Source: Eledone cirrhosa
Lineage: Eukaryota
Reading direction: 5' to 3'
NCBI GenBank assembly: GCA_964016885.1
Contig: OZ024741.1
Span: 192,820,001 to 192,884,000, forward strand
Length of the DNA: 64,000 nt
Shown here: positions 26,767-40,412 of the stretch, piece by piece
Position numbering within the stretch: position 1 is the first letter of the stretch
Layout: each line of letters starts with the position of its first letter
Program-made: the position numbers and the translations under genes
The notes under the pieces: generated by a model
Databases searched by the model: none
The model's input: only the letters and a program-made list of their open reading frames with translations
Told to the model about the DNA's origin: nothing

Positions 26767-26957
26767 ATAATTGTTTCTACTTTTGTGGCACAAGGCCAGC
26801 AATTACCCAGTGCATTACTGGTACTTTATTTTATCGACCCCGTAAGGATGAAAGGCAAATTAACCTCGGCGGGATTTGAACTCAGAATGGCAAGGGCCGT
26901 AACTTTATGCGTCAAAGCATGGCGTCCGACCCTCTACCAATACTGCCAGTCCACCGC
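26767..26957 (-). mobile_element. tRNA-derived SINE (mirror copy of 22658-22848)
   Basis: Reverse complement of the same SINE within the right arm of the inverted duplication. Confidence 0.88.
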
Positions 26958-27232
26958 AGCGAAGATAATACATCATTATTTGGAGCGGTGAAAACAATTA
27001 CACGCAAAGACAAAACCACACTTATGGTATAAAGGAAGTCGTAGACTAATATTCTATTAGGTGGTTCGTGGAGACGTTCTCTGGCAATGAACGGAAAAAA
27101 CGAAGATAATACGTCATTAGGAGGTGCGTGAGAACAATTACACGCAAAGACAAAACCACGTTTATGGTATAACTGAAGTCTTAACTAAAATTCTATTTAG
27201 GAAACCGAATGATTCTTGGCTTCAGAGTTAAG

Positions 27233-27365
27233 AATAATTGTTTCTACATTTGGCACAAGGCCAGCAATTATCCCAGTGTATAACTGATGCTTTATTTTAT
27301 CGACCCCGTAAGGATGAAAGGCAAAGTTAACCTCGGCGTGATTTGAACTCAGACCATAAAGGGTT
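27233..27365 (-). mobile_element. 5'-truncated tRNA-derived SINE
   Basis: B-box, core and 3' end on the minus strand. It spans the outer end of the duplicated arm. Confidence 0.8.
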
Positions 27366-27594
27366 AAGAATAATGAAAATAAATTACGGAGGTAATTGAA
27401 ATTAACAAAAATTAAATATACACATATACGTACATACACATGTATACGCGAAAACACCCGCCATGGGTATGCAAATACAAGCACCTTACAAAAACACGCA
27501 CGCACATACAGAACCCACACAACGCATGTACCCGCACACATACGAACGTATACACCAAATACACACAAAAAATATATATATAAAAAACTATATA

Positions 27595-27630
<36 letters not shown>

Positions 27631-28114
27631 CATATAATTATATAAACGTATATAAATATACACACATAAATACGTATATAGCGCGCGCACACACATACCT
27701 ACAAGTAAATACACATATGTTCGTTAAACGTACGTCAACCAAAACACAAGTATAAATATACACACACCCAACATACGTGCGAACCCTCATACTCACGTAT
27801 ACACATAACCATATGCACATTTACCAGTATATATAATATAATATATACGCCTATAACACATACAAGCAAATATACGTACGAGAAAGTATACGTACCTTCA
27901 CAAAACATACAGGTAATATATACTTCCCTATACAAATAAGTAATGGTATAAACATAACATATACTTAGCTACCACATCATGACGTAAATTATCCGCGAAT
28001 AGTTCGTACTATCCGTTAGGGTATAATGTGGCTCTACAGTTCTTATATAGTTGATATATATTTATCCTTATCGAGCCCTTTTGGGATTTTAGTCTTCAAA
28101 TTTATTATTATTAC

Positions 28115-28196
<82 letters not shown>

Positions 28197-28344
28197 TGTG
28201 TGTGTGTATGTTTAATTAGAAAGTGAACAACACAAAATATATACACATACATGTATATATATATATATACAAATAAATATAAATATGTATAGGTATCAGC
28301 CGTACTAAGAGTGAGAAATGAAATTTCGTTTCAATCTTTTCCAT

Positions 28345-28366
28345 TTATATACACATATATATACAC

Positions 28367-28421
<55 letters not shown>

Positions 28422-28533
28422 TACACATATACATACATGCATATATATATATATATATACACATATATATATATACATACATATACACACATACATACAT
28501 GTATATACATATATACACATATATACACATACA

Positions 28534-28608
<75 letters not shown>

Positions 28609-28654
28609 ACATATATACATACACATACATATACATACACACACATACACACAC

Positions 28655-28721
<67 letters not shown>

Positions 28722-28756
28722 TATACACACATATACACACATATATATATATGCAT

Positions 28757-28840
<84 letters not shown>
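28345..28840. repeat. (TA)n/(CA)n compound microsatellite (representative; similar tracts recur from 27.4 kb to 63.6 kb)
   Basis: Seen directly. Source of the YI/CV/HT-rich ORFs. Confidence 0.95.
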
Positions 28841-28842
<2 letters not shown>

Positions 28843-28990
28843 CGAAGGAAATGTGGTGAGGAACCAGGTGGACCATAACGCACCAAAGTACTCAATACTT
28901 AGGGTAGTAGATTTAAAAAAGTTTTTTTTTTTTTAGTCCAGAATTAGCCGTCGAAACGGCTTGAGCTCAGCCGTCGGAGTCCTACTCGCT

Positions 28991-29056
<66 letters not shown>

Positions 29057-29135
29057 TATATAAACATATATATATATATATATAAAATATTAAATAAATA
29101 ATGAACAAACAATTCCTTATATTAAACAAAAAAAG

Positions 29136-29290
29136 TTCACTATTTAACGATCGTTTCTAGGGTATATATGTGCTATAATTGGTATGCATATTTAACAGAT
29201 CTATGTACAAAATTATACAAAATTATACAAATTATCAAGATTAAATATACATACCTAACTCATATATACGCCGTCTTCAGAAATAATGAA
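29136..29290 (-). ncRNA. Type I hammerhead ribozyme candidate (mirror of 33666-33820)
   Basis: Reverse complement of the right-arm motif. Confidence 0.65.
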
Positions 29291-30052
29291 GTATATTTAT
29301 TGATAATAACAACAATTCAAAATATCAGTTCAAAATTGACCAATGAAAACACAAAGGGTTAAAAAGCAGTTTGGTGTGTGTATATACATGTAAAACCCCA
29401 CACGCATTTTACAATAATGTGTGTATAATATGTATGTGCATACTAAAAAGATGGATGCAAATAAAAAATTTCAAGGTTAATATCTCTGTAAGCTTAATGC
29501 GCTGATAATATACGCAATGATACTTATGTAGTCAAGCATATAAATATATTTTTTTCATACTCACACATATCAGTATAATCACACATACATGTGCGTATAT
29601 ATATAAATATACACATAACCACGAACACACAAACACACACACACCCCCCACTCACATTTATATATGTGGATATAAAATCATAAGCAAATAGAAATTAAGT
29701 CACTCACATAAACACACTGGTACACACATTTCAAGATCAAGATACAGAAATTAGGTGGGAGGGGGGGGGGAGGGGTCAGTGTTAGGTTGTGAGACCAGAC
29801 AGCCTAATATAAATGTATCTATAAATTATGAAAAATAAAAAAATAAAAACAATAAAATATATTACATATAATATAATGTACATACGCATACAGATATACA
29901 TACACATACATACATGTACGCGCACATAGAGATATCTACACATACATACATACACACATACCTATACTGTCATACACACACATACATTTACACGAACATA
30001 CACATACACATATAAAAAGATAAAAATACGGACACACACACGCGCAACACAT

Positions 30053-30101
<49 letters not shown>

Positions 30102-30212
30102 TATACACACACACACATAGACTCATATATATATACATACACATACATATACTTATACATAAACATATATATCCCACACTCATACCACCATGAAAACACA
30201 TACGAACATCCA

Positions 30213-30261
<49 letters not shown>

Positions 30262-30360
30262 ATACACACACGTACACATATATGCATATATACATACATA
30301 TATACACACATACACATATATACATATATATACACACACACGTAAAATACAGACATGCAC

Positions 30361-30393
<33 letters not shown>

Positions 30394-30490
30394 TACATTT
30401 CATTACCCTTATATATACACATAGTATATATATATACACAACCTCACTTATACACATATACACATAAGTTATATTACAATAATAATAAAG

Positions 30491-30531
<41 letters not shown>

Positions 30532-30670
30532 TATACACACATATACAAATATACATACATACACATACATATACATACATACATACACATACATACATAC
30601 ACCTAAATATAAACATATATAAATACACACATACGAATAAAGACATATATTCACACATAGACACCTATAT

Positions 30671-30716
<46 letters not shown>

Positions 30717-32113
30717 ATATACACACACATACACATACATACACATATATATATATATATACACATATATACAGTTTTAGCTTTAATCAACCTAAAACTT
30801 TAATTTTAATTTTAATTTGCTTAAAATTAGTATCCTTGTACAGACGAATTGCAGAATTTCATGTAATCATAGAATGGGAGGTGTTTTTGGATATATACCT
30901 AGTTAATATATTCTGTGCAGATTTTTTGAAAAAGATATGTATATCTATATGTATATGTATATGTGTGTATTGTATGTGTATCTGTATGTATATTTATGTG
31001 ACTATATATGTATGTATGTGTATATATATATGTATATATATATATATATATGTGTATGTATATGTATACGTATGTGTATGTGTATGTATATGTATGTGTA
31101 TGCGTATTAATTTTGATTTTTATTTGCATATAATTATATTATGCTATTGATGAAATACAATATCTGCTTTATGTATTGTATACCTAATTAACATATACTA
31201 ATTAACATATACTATTGAAATAAATATATAATTTTTAACTTAGTTAACATATAATTTATATGCTACTACCGATGTAATAATTTATTTTATTTTTATTTGG
31301 GTTTCTTTTCCCTATTATTAACTTTAATTTAGTTATAATGTAATTAATAATCTACTACTGTTTGACTTCATAATTCTGCTTCAAATATTATAAACCTAAC
31401 TAATTTACACCTTGGAAATCAATATGTTGACTATCTTTGGTTTAGTTGACATATGATTAATGGTATACTTTTTTATTTTGTGATGCATAGATTTCGTATT
31501 TCCTAACATTGAAAATATGTAAGAACATACATTGAATTAAGATATGGAAAATATTATAGGTTTCTTGAAACATATATTTACTTTGATCCCCTTCTCCAAA
31601 CCCCCCCCCCTTTCCCCCATACTATTATCATCTGTTTTTGTAAGTGTATATGTATGAATATATGGGTAGATGGGTGTCTATATAGTTTTTTTGGTATTTA
31701 TTTCTAGATATAAAAATACATATATGAGCATGTAAATATGAATGTAAGATTGAGTGTGTATATATGATTGTACATACATATCTATGTATATATATGTATA
31801 TATATGTATTATATATGTACGTGTATGTGAATGTGTGGTATATATATGTGTAGGTATATGTATATATGTGTGTGTATGTGTATGCTTGTATATAGGAATA
31901 TATATGTGTGTATATATGTATATATGTATATGCGTGTTTGCATGTATGTGTATATGGGTTCTGTATATATTTGTATGTCTCTCTATTTATATGTTTATCT
32001 TTGTATCTATGTGATATATGTGTGTGTGTGTGCATGTATGCATATGTATGTGTTTGTGTGTGTTTGTATGTGTGTGTGTATATATATATGTATGTATTTG
32101 CGCACACTCACAT

Positions 32114-32148
<35 letters not shown>

Positions 32149-32239
32149 GGTGTGTATGTGTGTCTGTATGTGTGTGCGTGTGTATATATGTGTATATATA
32201 TATATATATATGTGTATGTATGTGTATGTGTGTGTATAT

Positions 32240-32285
<46 letters not shown>

Positions 32286-32424
32286 ATATAGGTGTCTATG
32301 TGTGAATATATGTCTTTATTCGTATGTGTGTATTTATATATGTTTATATTTAGGTGTATGTATGTATGTGTATGTATGTATGTATATGTATGTGTATGTA
32401 TGTATATTTGTATATGTGTGTATA

Positions 32425-32465
<41 letters not shown>

Positions 32466-32562
32466 CTTTATTATTATTGTAATATAACTTATGTGTATAT
32501 GTGTATAAGTGAGGTTGTGTATATATATATACTATGTGTATATATAAGGGTAATGAAATGTA

Positions 32563-32595
<33 letters not shown>

Positions 32596-32694
32596 GTGCA
32601 TGTCTGTATTTTACGTGTGTGTGTATATATATGTATATATGTGTATGTGTGTATATATGTATGTATATATGCATATATGTGTACGTGTGTGTAT

Positions 32695-32743
<49 letters not shown>

Positions 32744-32854
32744 TGGATGTTCGTATGTGTTTTCATGGTGGTATGAGTGTGGGATATATATGTTTATGTA
32801 TAAGTATATGTATGTGTATGTATATATATATGAGTCTATGTGTGTGTGTGTATA

Positions 32855-32903
<49 letters not shown>

Positions 32904-33665
32904 ATGTGTTGCGCGTGTGTGTGTCCGTATTTTTATCTTTTTATATGTGTATGTGTATGTTCGTGTAAATGTATGTGTGTGTATGACAGTATAGGTATGT
33001 GTGTATGTATGTATGTGTAGATATCTCTATGTGCGCGTACATGTATGTATGTGTATGTATATCTGTATGCGTATGTACATTATATTATATGTAATATATT
33101 TTATTGTTTTTATTTTTTTATTTTTCATAATTTATAGATACATTTATATTAGGCTGTCTGGTCTCACAACCTAACACTGACCCCTCCCCCCCCCCTCCCA
33201 CCTAATTTCTGTATCTTGATCTTGAAATGTGTGTACCAGTGTGTTTATGTGAGTGACTTAATTTCTATTTGCTTATGATTTTATATCCACATATATAAAT
33301 GTGAGTGGGGGGTGTGTGTGTGTTTGTGTGTTCGTGGTTATGTGTATATTTATATATATACGCACATGTATGTGTGATTATACTGATATGTGTGAGTATG
33401 AAAAAAATATATTTATATGCTTGACTACATAAGTATCATTGCGTATATTATCAGCGCATTAAGCTTACAGAGATATTAACCTTGAAATTTTTTATTTGCA
33501 TCCATCTTTTTAGTATGCACATACATATTATACACACATTATTGTAAAATGCGTGTGGGGTTTTACATGTATATACACACACCAAACTGCTTTTTAACCC
33601 TTTGTGTTTTCATTGGTCAATTTTGAACTGATATTTTGAATTGTTGTTATTATCAATAAATATAC

Positions 33666-33820
33666 TTCATTATTTCTGAAGACGGCGTATATATGAGTTA
33701 GGTATGTATATTTAATCTTGATAATTTGTATAATTTTGTATAATTTTGTACATAGATCTATTAAATATGCATACCAATTATAGCACATATATACCCTAGA
33801 AACGATCGTTAAATAGTGAA
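33666..33820 (+). ncRNA. Type I hammerhead ribozyme candidate with a ~115-nt stem II
   Basis: Stem I TTCATTATTT/AAATAGTGAA; core CTGAAGA; long hairpin (GTATATATG/CATATATAC, GGTATGTATATTTAAT/ATTAAATATGCATACC); GAA; palindromic stem III ACGATCGT; GUU triplet. Confidence 0.65.
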
Positions 33821-34005
33821 CTTTTTTTGTTTAATATAAGGAATTGTTTGTTCATTATTTATTTAATATTTTATCTTCACTCTGTATACCGTTTATCTTT
33901 CACCGAAATTGGATTTTCATTACATCTCTTCTTTCCATGATATCCGGAATACATTGAGTTCTTCATACGGATTGGACACTACCGTAAACTCTTGGTAGAT
34001 TTATC

Positions 34006-34045
<40 letters not shown>

Positions 34046-34072
34046 AATATATATATATACATACATATATAC

Positions 34073-34909
<837 letters not shown>

Positions 34910-35087
34910 GGTATGGATATTCCAACAGGCGCTAGGTACCTACAGAAAAATGCATGGTGTTTATAATAGTTGTTGTTCGATGGTACTAATTTGAGATACC
35001 AGAATTATAAAAATGAGCGGAGCAAGCAATTAACAAACAATCTTTTAAATAAATTAAAAAACGATTTAAATATTCACCTGTTCTATT

Positions 35088-35167
35088 GCTGTTACCAACG
35101 GTTTCAATAATCAAATGATTAGAAATCCAGAGAATTTCCAATGGAAAGAATTAGATCTTCAGACAGC
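35088..35167 (-). ncRNA. Type I hammerhead ribozyme candidate
   Basis: GCTGT-CTGAAGA-(branched, imperfect stem II)-GAA-ACCGTTGGT-A-ACAGC; GUA triplet. Adjacent to a 41-bp inverted repeat (35165-35205 / 35305-35345). Confidence 0.55.
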
Positions 35168-35355
35168 TATTTCCATACTATAAGGGTGCGAAACCTCATA
35201 GTAAGTCAATATTTTGCTTACTGCCCGACGCATGGGGTCAAGGTGTTGAAGTGACGCACACGCAAAATTAGACCACAAGTAAAAGCGGGTTATTATAAAC
35301 TTGCCTTGCTATGAGGTTTTGCACCCTTATAGTATGGAAATAGCTTTGTGTGTGT

Positions 35356-35455
<100 letters not shown>

Positions 35456-35918
35456 ATAGGTCCGTGCGAAGCTAAGAAGAGATATGTATACGAGCGATAA
35501 ATGGCCGGCTTTGCCGAATTCAAATAAAAAAGAAAATTTCGCTCTACATGGCTGAATAGAATAAATGTAATCTAAGTTCTTCGAATATTAATAATAACAT
35601 TCGATTCGTTTGCAATTATGCCAACAAGTCTCGTATACAGGAAACTGAATTGCAAATCTGGCTGATCAGTGGATCTGCTAATATGCAGATCTGAGTAATA
35701 TGCAGATCTGACTGATCAGCCAGTCTGCTAATATGTAAATGAGGCTCTGACAGTTTGGCAGGTGAACAGTGAGCTGTACTGGTGAAGGGTGACACGCAGA
35801 AACATTAGTGTCTGCAGTTCTGTTCGCATGCCAACATAAGAGCAAGAATGAAGTGTGTTCATTCTACTAACATGGCTATAAAATTGAGGCATGTTTGGAT
35901 AATTTCAAACGATTCGAA

Positions 35919-36109
35919 GGCGGTGGATTGGCAGTATCGGTAGAGCGTCGGACGACATTCTTTCCAGCATAGTTACGTCCCTTTACGATCTGAGTTCAAA
36001 TCCCGCCGAGGTTGACTTTGCCTTTCATCCTTACGGGGTCGATAAAATAAAGTACCAGTAATGAACTGGTTGATTGCTGGCCTTGTGCCTAAAGTAGAAA
36101 CAATTATTA
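35919..36109 (+). mobile_element. tRNA-derived SINE, full length
   Basis: A/B boxes and core present. ATTCGAA flanks both sides (probable TSD). Confidence 0.9.
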
Positions 36110-36126
36110 ATATTCGAAAAACTCAG

Positions 36127-36191
<65 letters not shown>

Positions 36192-36472
36192 AGCCTACCA
36201 TAAGCTGTCTGAGTGATCCAGCAGTTACCCAGTGTATTCCTTTTCTTGATTTATTACTTTAAATTGAGTCTGGCAAACCATATTCTTATAGTTAGTATTT
36301 TTTTCACCCTAGCGAACTTGGTCCCTTACTATTTGAACACATGTATGTTTATATCTGTGTTTATCTCTCTTTTAAAGAAACCGTTATATTACACGGCTCA
36401 GGGATCCCTCTTTCTTTGAGCTATTTAATTGTAACAGACTATTTTGAGTTTCTAACTCAATATATACCTTTG

Positions 36473-36475
<3 letters not shown>

Positions 36476-36566
<91 letters not shown>

Positions 36567-36621
36567 ATATATGTATATATGTATATATATATGTATATAG
36601 ATATATATGTATATATATATG

Positions 36622-36652
<31 letters not shown>

Positions 36653-36669
36653 GTATATGTATATATATG

Positions 36670-36702
<33 letters not shown>

Positions 36703-36773
36703 GCATATATATATGTATATATATATATGTATATATATATGTGTATATATATATGTATATATGTATATATATG

Positions 36774-36818
<45 letters not shown>

Positions 36819-36839
36819 GTGTATATATATATGTATATC

Positions 36840-36884
<45 letters not shown>

Positions 36885-36993
36885 ATGTATGTATATATAT
36901 ATATATGTATATGTATGTATATATGTATATATATATGTAGATATATGTTTATATATGTATATATATATGTATATATATATATACGTATATATA

Positions 36994-37040
<47 letters not shown>

Positions 37041-37118
37041 GTATATATATACATATATATATATGTATATATATATGTATATGTATATATATATAAATAT
37101 ATATATATATATGTATAT
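36476..37118. repeat. Long (TA)n/(TG) microsatellite
   Basis: Seen directly. Confidence 0.95.
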
Positions 37119-37167
37119 AATAAAGTTAAATAAAAAGTCAAATGATTAAAATTTAGCTTCGTTTATT

Positions 37168-37222
37168 ACTGATATATATATTTCAGTGACAGCCATCTTT
37201 GGCTGTGACCTCTTCAGCCAGT
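37168..37222 (-). ncRNA. Minimal type I hammerhead ribozyme (left-arm copy)
   Basis: ACTGG-CTGAAGA-GGTCACAGCC aaagat GGCTGTCACT-GAA-ATATATAT-A-TCAGT. Confidence 0.75.
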
Positions 37223-37660
37223 TTGAATTAGTATGGTATAGACAAGTACATATGTTGTTGAGGTGTATAATATTGTCAATACTCTGATATGCCCAGTTCC
37301 TGGTTGGGTTGTTATTTCACTGAGGAACTGGAATCATATGAATTCAAACAAACGAATTTCAGTGTAAAAGGTCCTCTTCTCCTCTCATTGGTCAGTTATT
37401 AGAACATTCCTCATTCTAAGTGTTGTTATTGTTGGAGTTAGCTAACTCCAACAATAACAACACTTAGAATGAGGAATGTTCTAATAACTGACCAATGAGA
37501 GGAGAAGAGGACCTTTTACACTGAAATTCGTTTGTTTGAATTCATATGATTCCAGTTCCTCAGTGAAATAACAACCCAACCAGGAACTGGGCATATCAGA
37601 GTATTGACAATATTATACACCTCAACAACATATGTACTTGTCTATACCATACTAATTCAA

Positions 37661-37715
37661 ACTGCCTGAAGAGGTCACAGCCAAAGATGGTTGTCACTGA
37701 AATATATATAGCAGT
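37661..37715 (+). ncRNA. Minimal type I hammerhead ribozyme (right-arm copy)
   Basis: ACTGC-CTGAAGA-GGTCACAGCC aaagat GGTTGTCACT-GAA-ATATATAT-A-GCAGT, followed by AATAAA. Confidence 0.78.
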
Positions 37716-37890
37716 AATAAACGAAGCTAAATTTTAATCATTTGACTTTTTATTTAACTTTATTTTACACTACTCCGTAGTAACCAAACCAACCTGCGCA
37801 CTTCGTCGAGTGCTCTAGCCTGCATACTGAGGTGTTGGTATACAACCAACATAAACTCAAAATCTATATATGTATATATATATATGTATG

Positions 37891-37923
<33 letters not shown>

Positions 37924-37934
37924 GTATATGTATA

Positions 37935-37984
<50 letters not shown>

Positions 37985-38412
37985 CTCCTCTCCTGCTCTT
38001 TACTTCCACTACGGTTTTTTTACCTGCTGAATCCATGTTCTGTACTCTCGTATTCTCTTTCTCCCATATCTCCCCTTATATTTAAACGTTTTCCTATGTT
38101 ATTTATTTCCCCCATTCCACCCCCCTACTTTTTTGCCTTACCTTTCACATAAAGATTTTTTTTTTTCTTAGATATTTTTTTTTTGTATTGCGTATATGTA
38201 TGTATATGTGTATATATGTATATATATATATATATGTTTTTATATATATGTGTATGTATATATGTGTGTATATGTATATGTGTATGTATATATGTGTGTG
38301 TATGTATGTTTATATCTATCTGTATGTATATGTATATGTATATATAATTTTATATTATTTATTTCTGTTGTATTTGTGCGTGCGTGTATATATATGTATA
38401 TGTATATATGTA

Positions 38413-38475
<63 letters not shown>

Positions 38476-38660
38476 ATATATCTATATATTTATATTTGTG
38501 TATCTATGTATGTGTGTATATATAGTTTTAATGTGTGTGTATGGGCGTGTGTATATTTGTGCGTGAATATGTATTTTTTTTATATAATGGTTTTGTTGGT
38601 ATATATATAATAGCCTCAGAAATGGCTTGAGCTCTGCTGTGGGGGTCAGACTTTTTCCTA

Positions 38661-38694
<34 letters not shown>

Positions 38695-39299
38695 CGGATT
38701 TGTATGTGTGTGTGTATTTCTGTGTTTGTGTTTTTGTGTGTGTGTGTGTATGTATATATATGTATATATATGTGTATATATATATATATATATATGTATG
38801 GGTGTATGTATATGCATAATTACATACACTGATTTAATGCTTATTTTCATTGATCTTTTGCTCCAGGAACTACTATAAACATTTATACCCTTTTCTAAAT
38901 ATATATTTTTATTTATTATTTGTCGTATTCCCAAATTTTTATTTTCATTTTTATTTTTATTTTTATTTTTATTTTTAATTTTATTTTTATTTTTATTTTT
39001 ATTTGTATATATACAATATTTTTTTTTATATATACAATATTTAGGTTTTTATATATATATAATATTTATGTTCTTTCTCATATATATATATATAGTTATA
39101 TGTGTGTGTGTGTGTGTATGTATGTATGCATACGTATGTGTATGTATATATATATATATATATATTTTAGTGTTAAACAAGGTTCATATGAATTATCTAA
39201 GAATGAGTTTTACACACATATATATGTGTGTTTGTATTTGTATGTATGTGTTTGTGTTATGTATGTATATGTATGTGTATGTATGTATGTATATGTATG

Positions 39300-39342
<43 letters not shown>

Positions 39343-40173
39343 ATATATGTATGTGTGTGTGTATGCATATGTGTATGCGTATGTATGTGTTTATGTATTT
39401 GTATATGTATATTTGTGTGAGAGTGTGTGTATGTATTTATTTTTACGTATGTATGTGTACGCGCATTTGTGTGTATTGCTTACCACGTGTGTTTGTTCAT
39501 TTATGCGTTACCTGTATCGCTGTCAACACTATAATAATCTTTATATTCGTTATTATTATTTTTATTATAATATATTTTTTCTTATATTTATTTGTGTGTG
39601 TGAGTATGTAGGTGTGTGTATATATTTCTATATTTGTGCATGCGTATGTATGCGTGTATATATGTGTGTATGTATGTATATGTATGTACGTCTGTATATA
39701 CGTATGATTGTGTGTATGTATGTATGTATGTGTATGTATATATGTATGTGAATGTATATATCTATATATATGTTTGTGTGTATATAAATGTATGTGTGTG
39801 TATGTATGTATATATATGTTTATGTATATATATGTATATTTGAATGTATAAGTGTGTGTGTGCGTGTATGCACGGTTGTGTATTTGTATGTATATGTATG
39901 TATGGATATGTTGATATTTATGCGTGTATGTATGTATGTGTATATGTATGTGTATGTATATATATACACATATATTTGTGTGTGTGTATATGTGTGTGTG
40001 TATGTATGTGTGTATCTATATATATATGTGTATGTACATAATTGTGTGTGTGTGTGTGTGTGTTTGCATGTGTGTTTTTATTTTTCCTTTCCTTCTTCCT
40101 TTTCCAGCCTCACTTTCATATAGATTATTTTATTGTTTTTTAAAATCCAACGCCAATAAATACACCAGGATTT

Positions 40174-40234
40174 TTTCATTCTGATGATTGAAAGCTAAAT
40201 TTTTTTGCTTTTAAGAAACCACTGGTAAATGAAA
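40174..40234 (+). ncRNA. Minimal type I hammerhead ribozyme
   Basis: Stem I TTTCATT/AATGAAA; CTGATGA; stem II TTGAAAGC/GCTTTTAA; GAA; ACCACTGGT; GUA triplet. Lies ~30 nt before (TA)n. Confidence 0.8.
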
Positions 40235-40412
40235 TAATTGCCTTATGTTGTTTATTACATAACTATATATGTATATATATATATATATATGTATATATAT
40301 GTATATATATGTATATATATATGTATATGTATATATGTGTGTGTGTGTATATATATAATATATATATTATATATATTATATATAATATATATATATATAC
40401 ATTATATATAAT

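Larger units (their letters stand above)
22367..27248. repeat. Inverted segmental duplication: arms 22367-23994 and 25625-27248 (~1.63 kb each), spacer ~1.63 kb
   Basis: The arms are reverse complements with scattered SNPs. The ORF track shows mirrored ORFs (22624/26659, 22813/26596, 23150/26176). Confidence 0.95.
29082..33874. repeat. Large foldback: arms 29082-30773 and 32181-33874 (~1.69 kb, near-identical), spacer ~1.4 kb, with a hammerhead motif near each outer end
   Basis: Mirrored identical 242-aa and 142-aa repeat translations. One visible substitution (LTD versus LID in the 64-aa ORFs). Confidence 0.95.
37119..37764. repeat. Spacerless palindrome with 323-bp arms centred on AG|CT (37441/37442)
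   Basis: The arms are reverse complements, with only three differences seen. Abuts (TA)n. Confidence 0.95.

Noticed and set aside
22367-33874. Similar total size (~4.8-4.9 kb) of the two large inverted duplications as evidence of one mechanism
   Set aside because: They differ in arm divergence and end structure (LINE/SINE breakpoints versus hammerhead ends), and two cases cannot exclude coincidence.
35919-36010. tRNA gene
   Set aside because: A/B boxes are present, but it is the head of a multi-copy SINE and no cloverleaf is evident.
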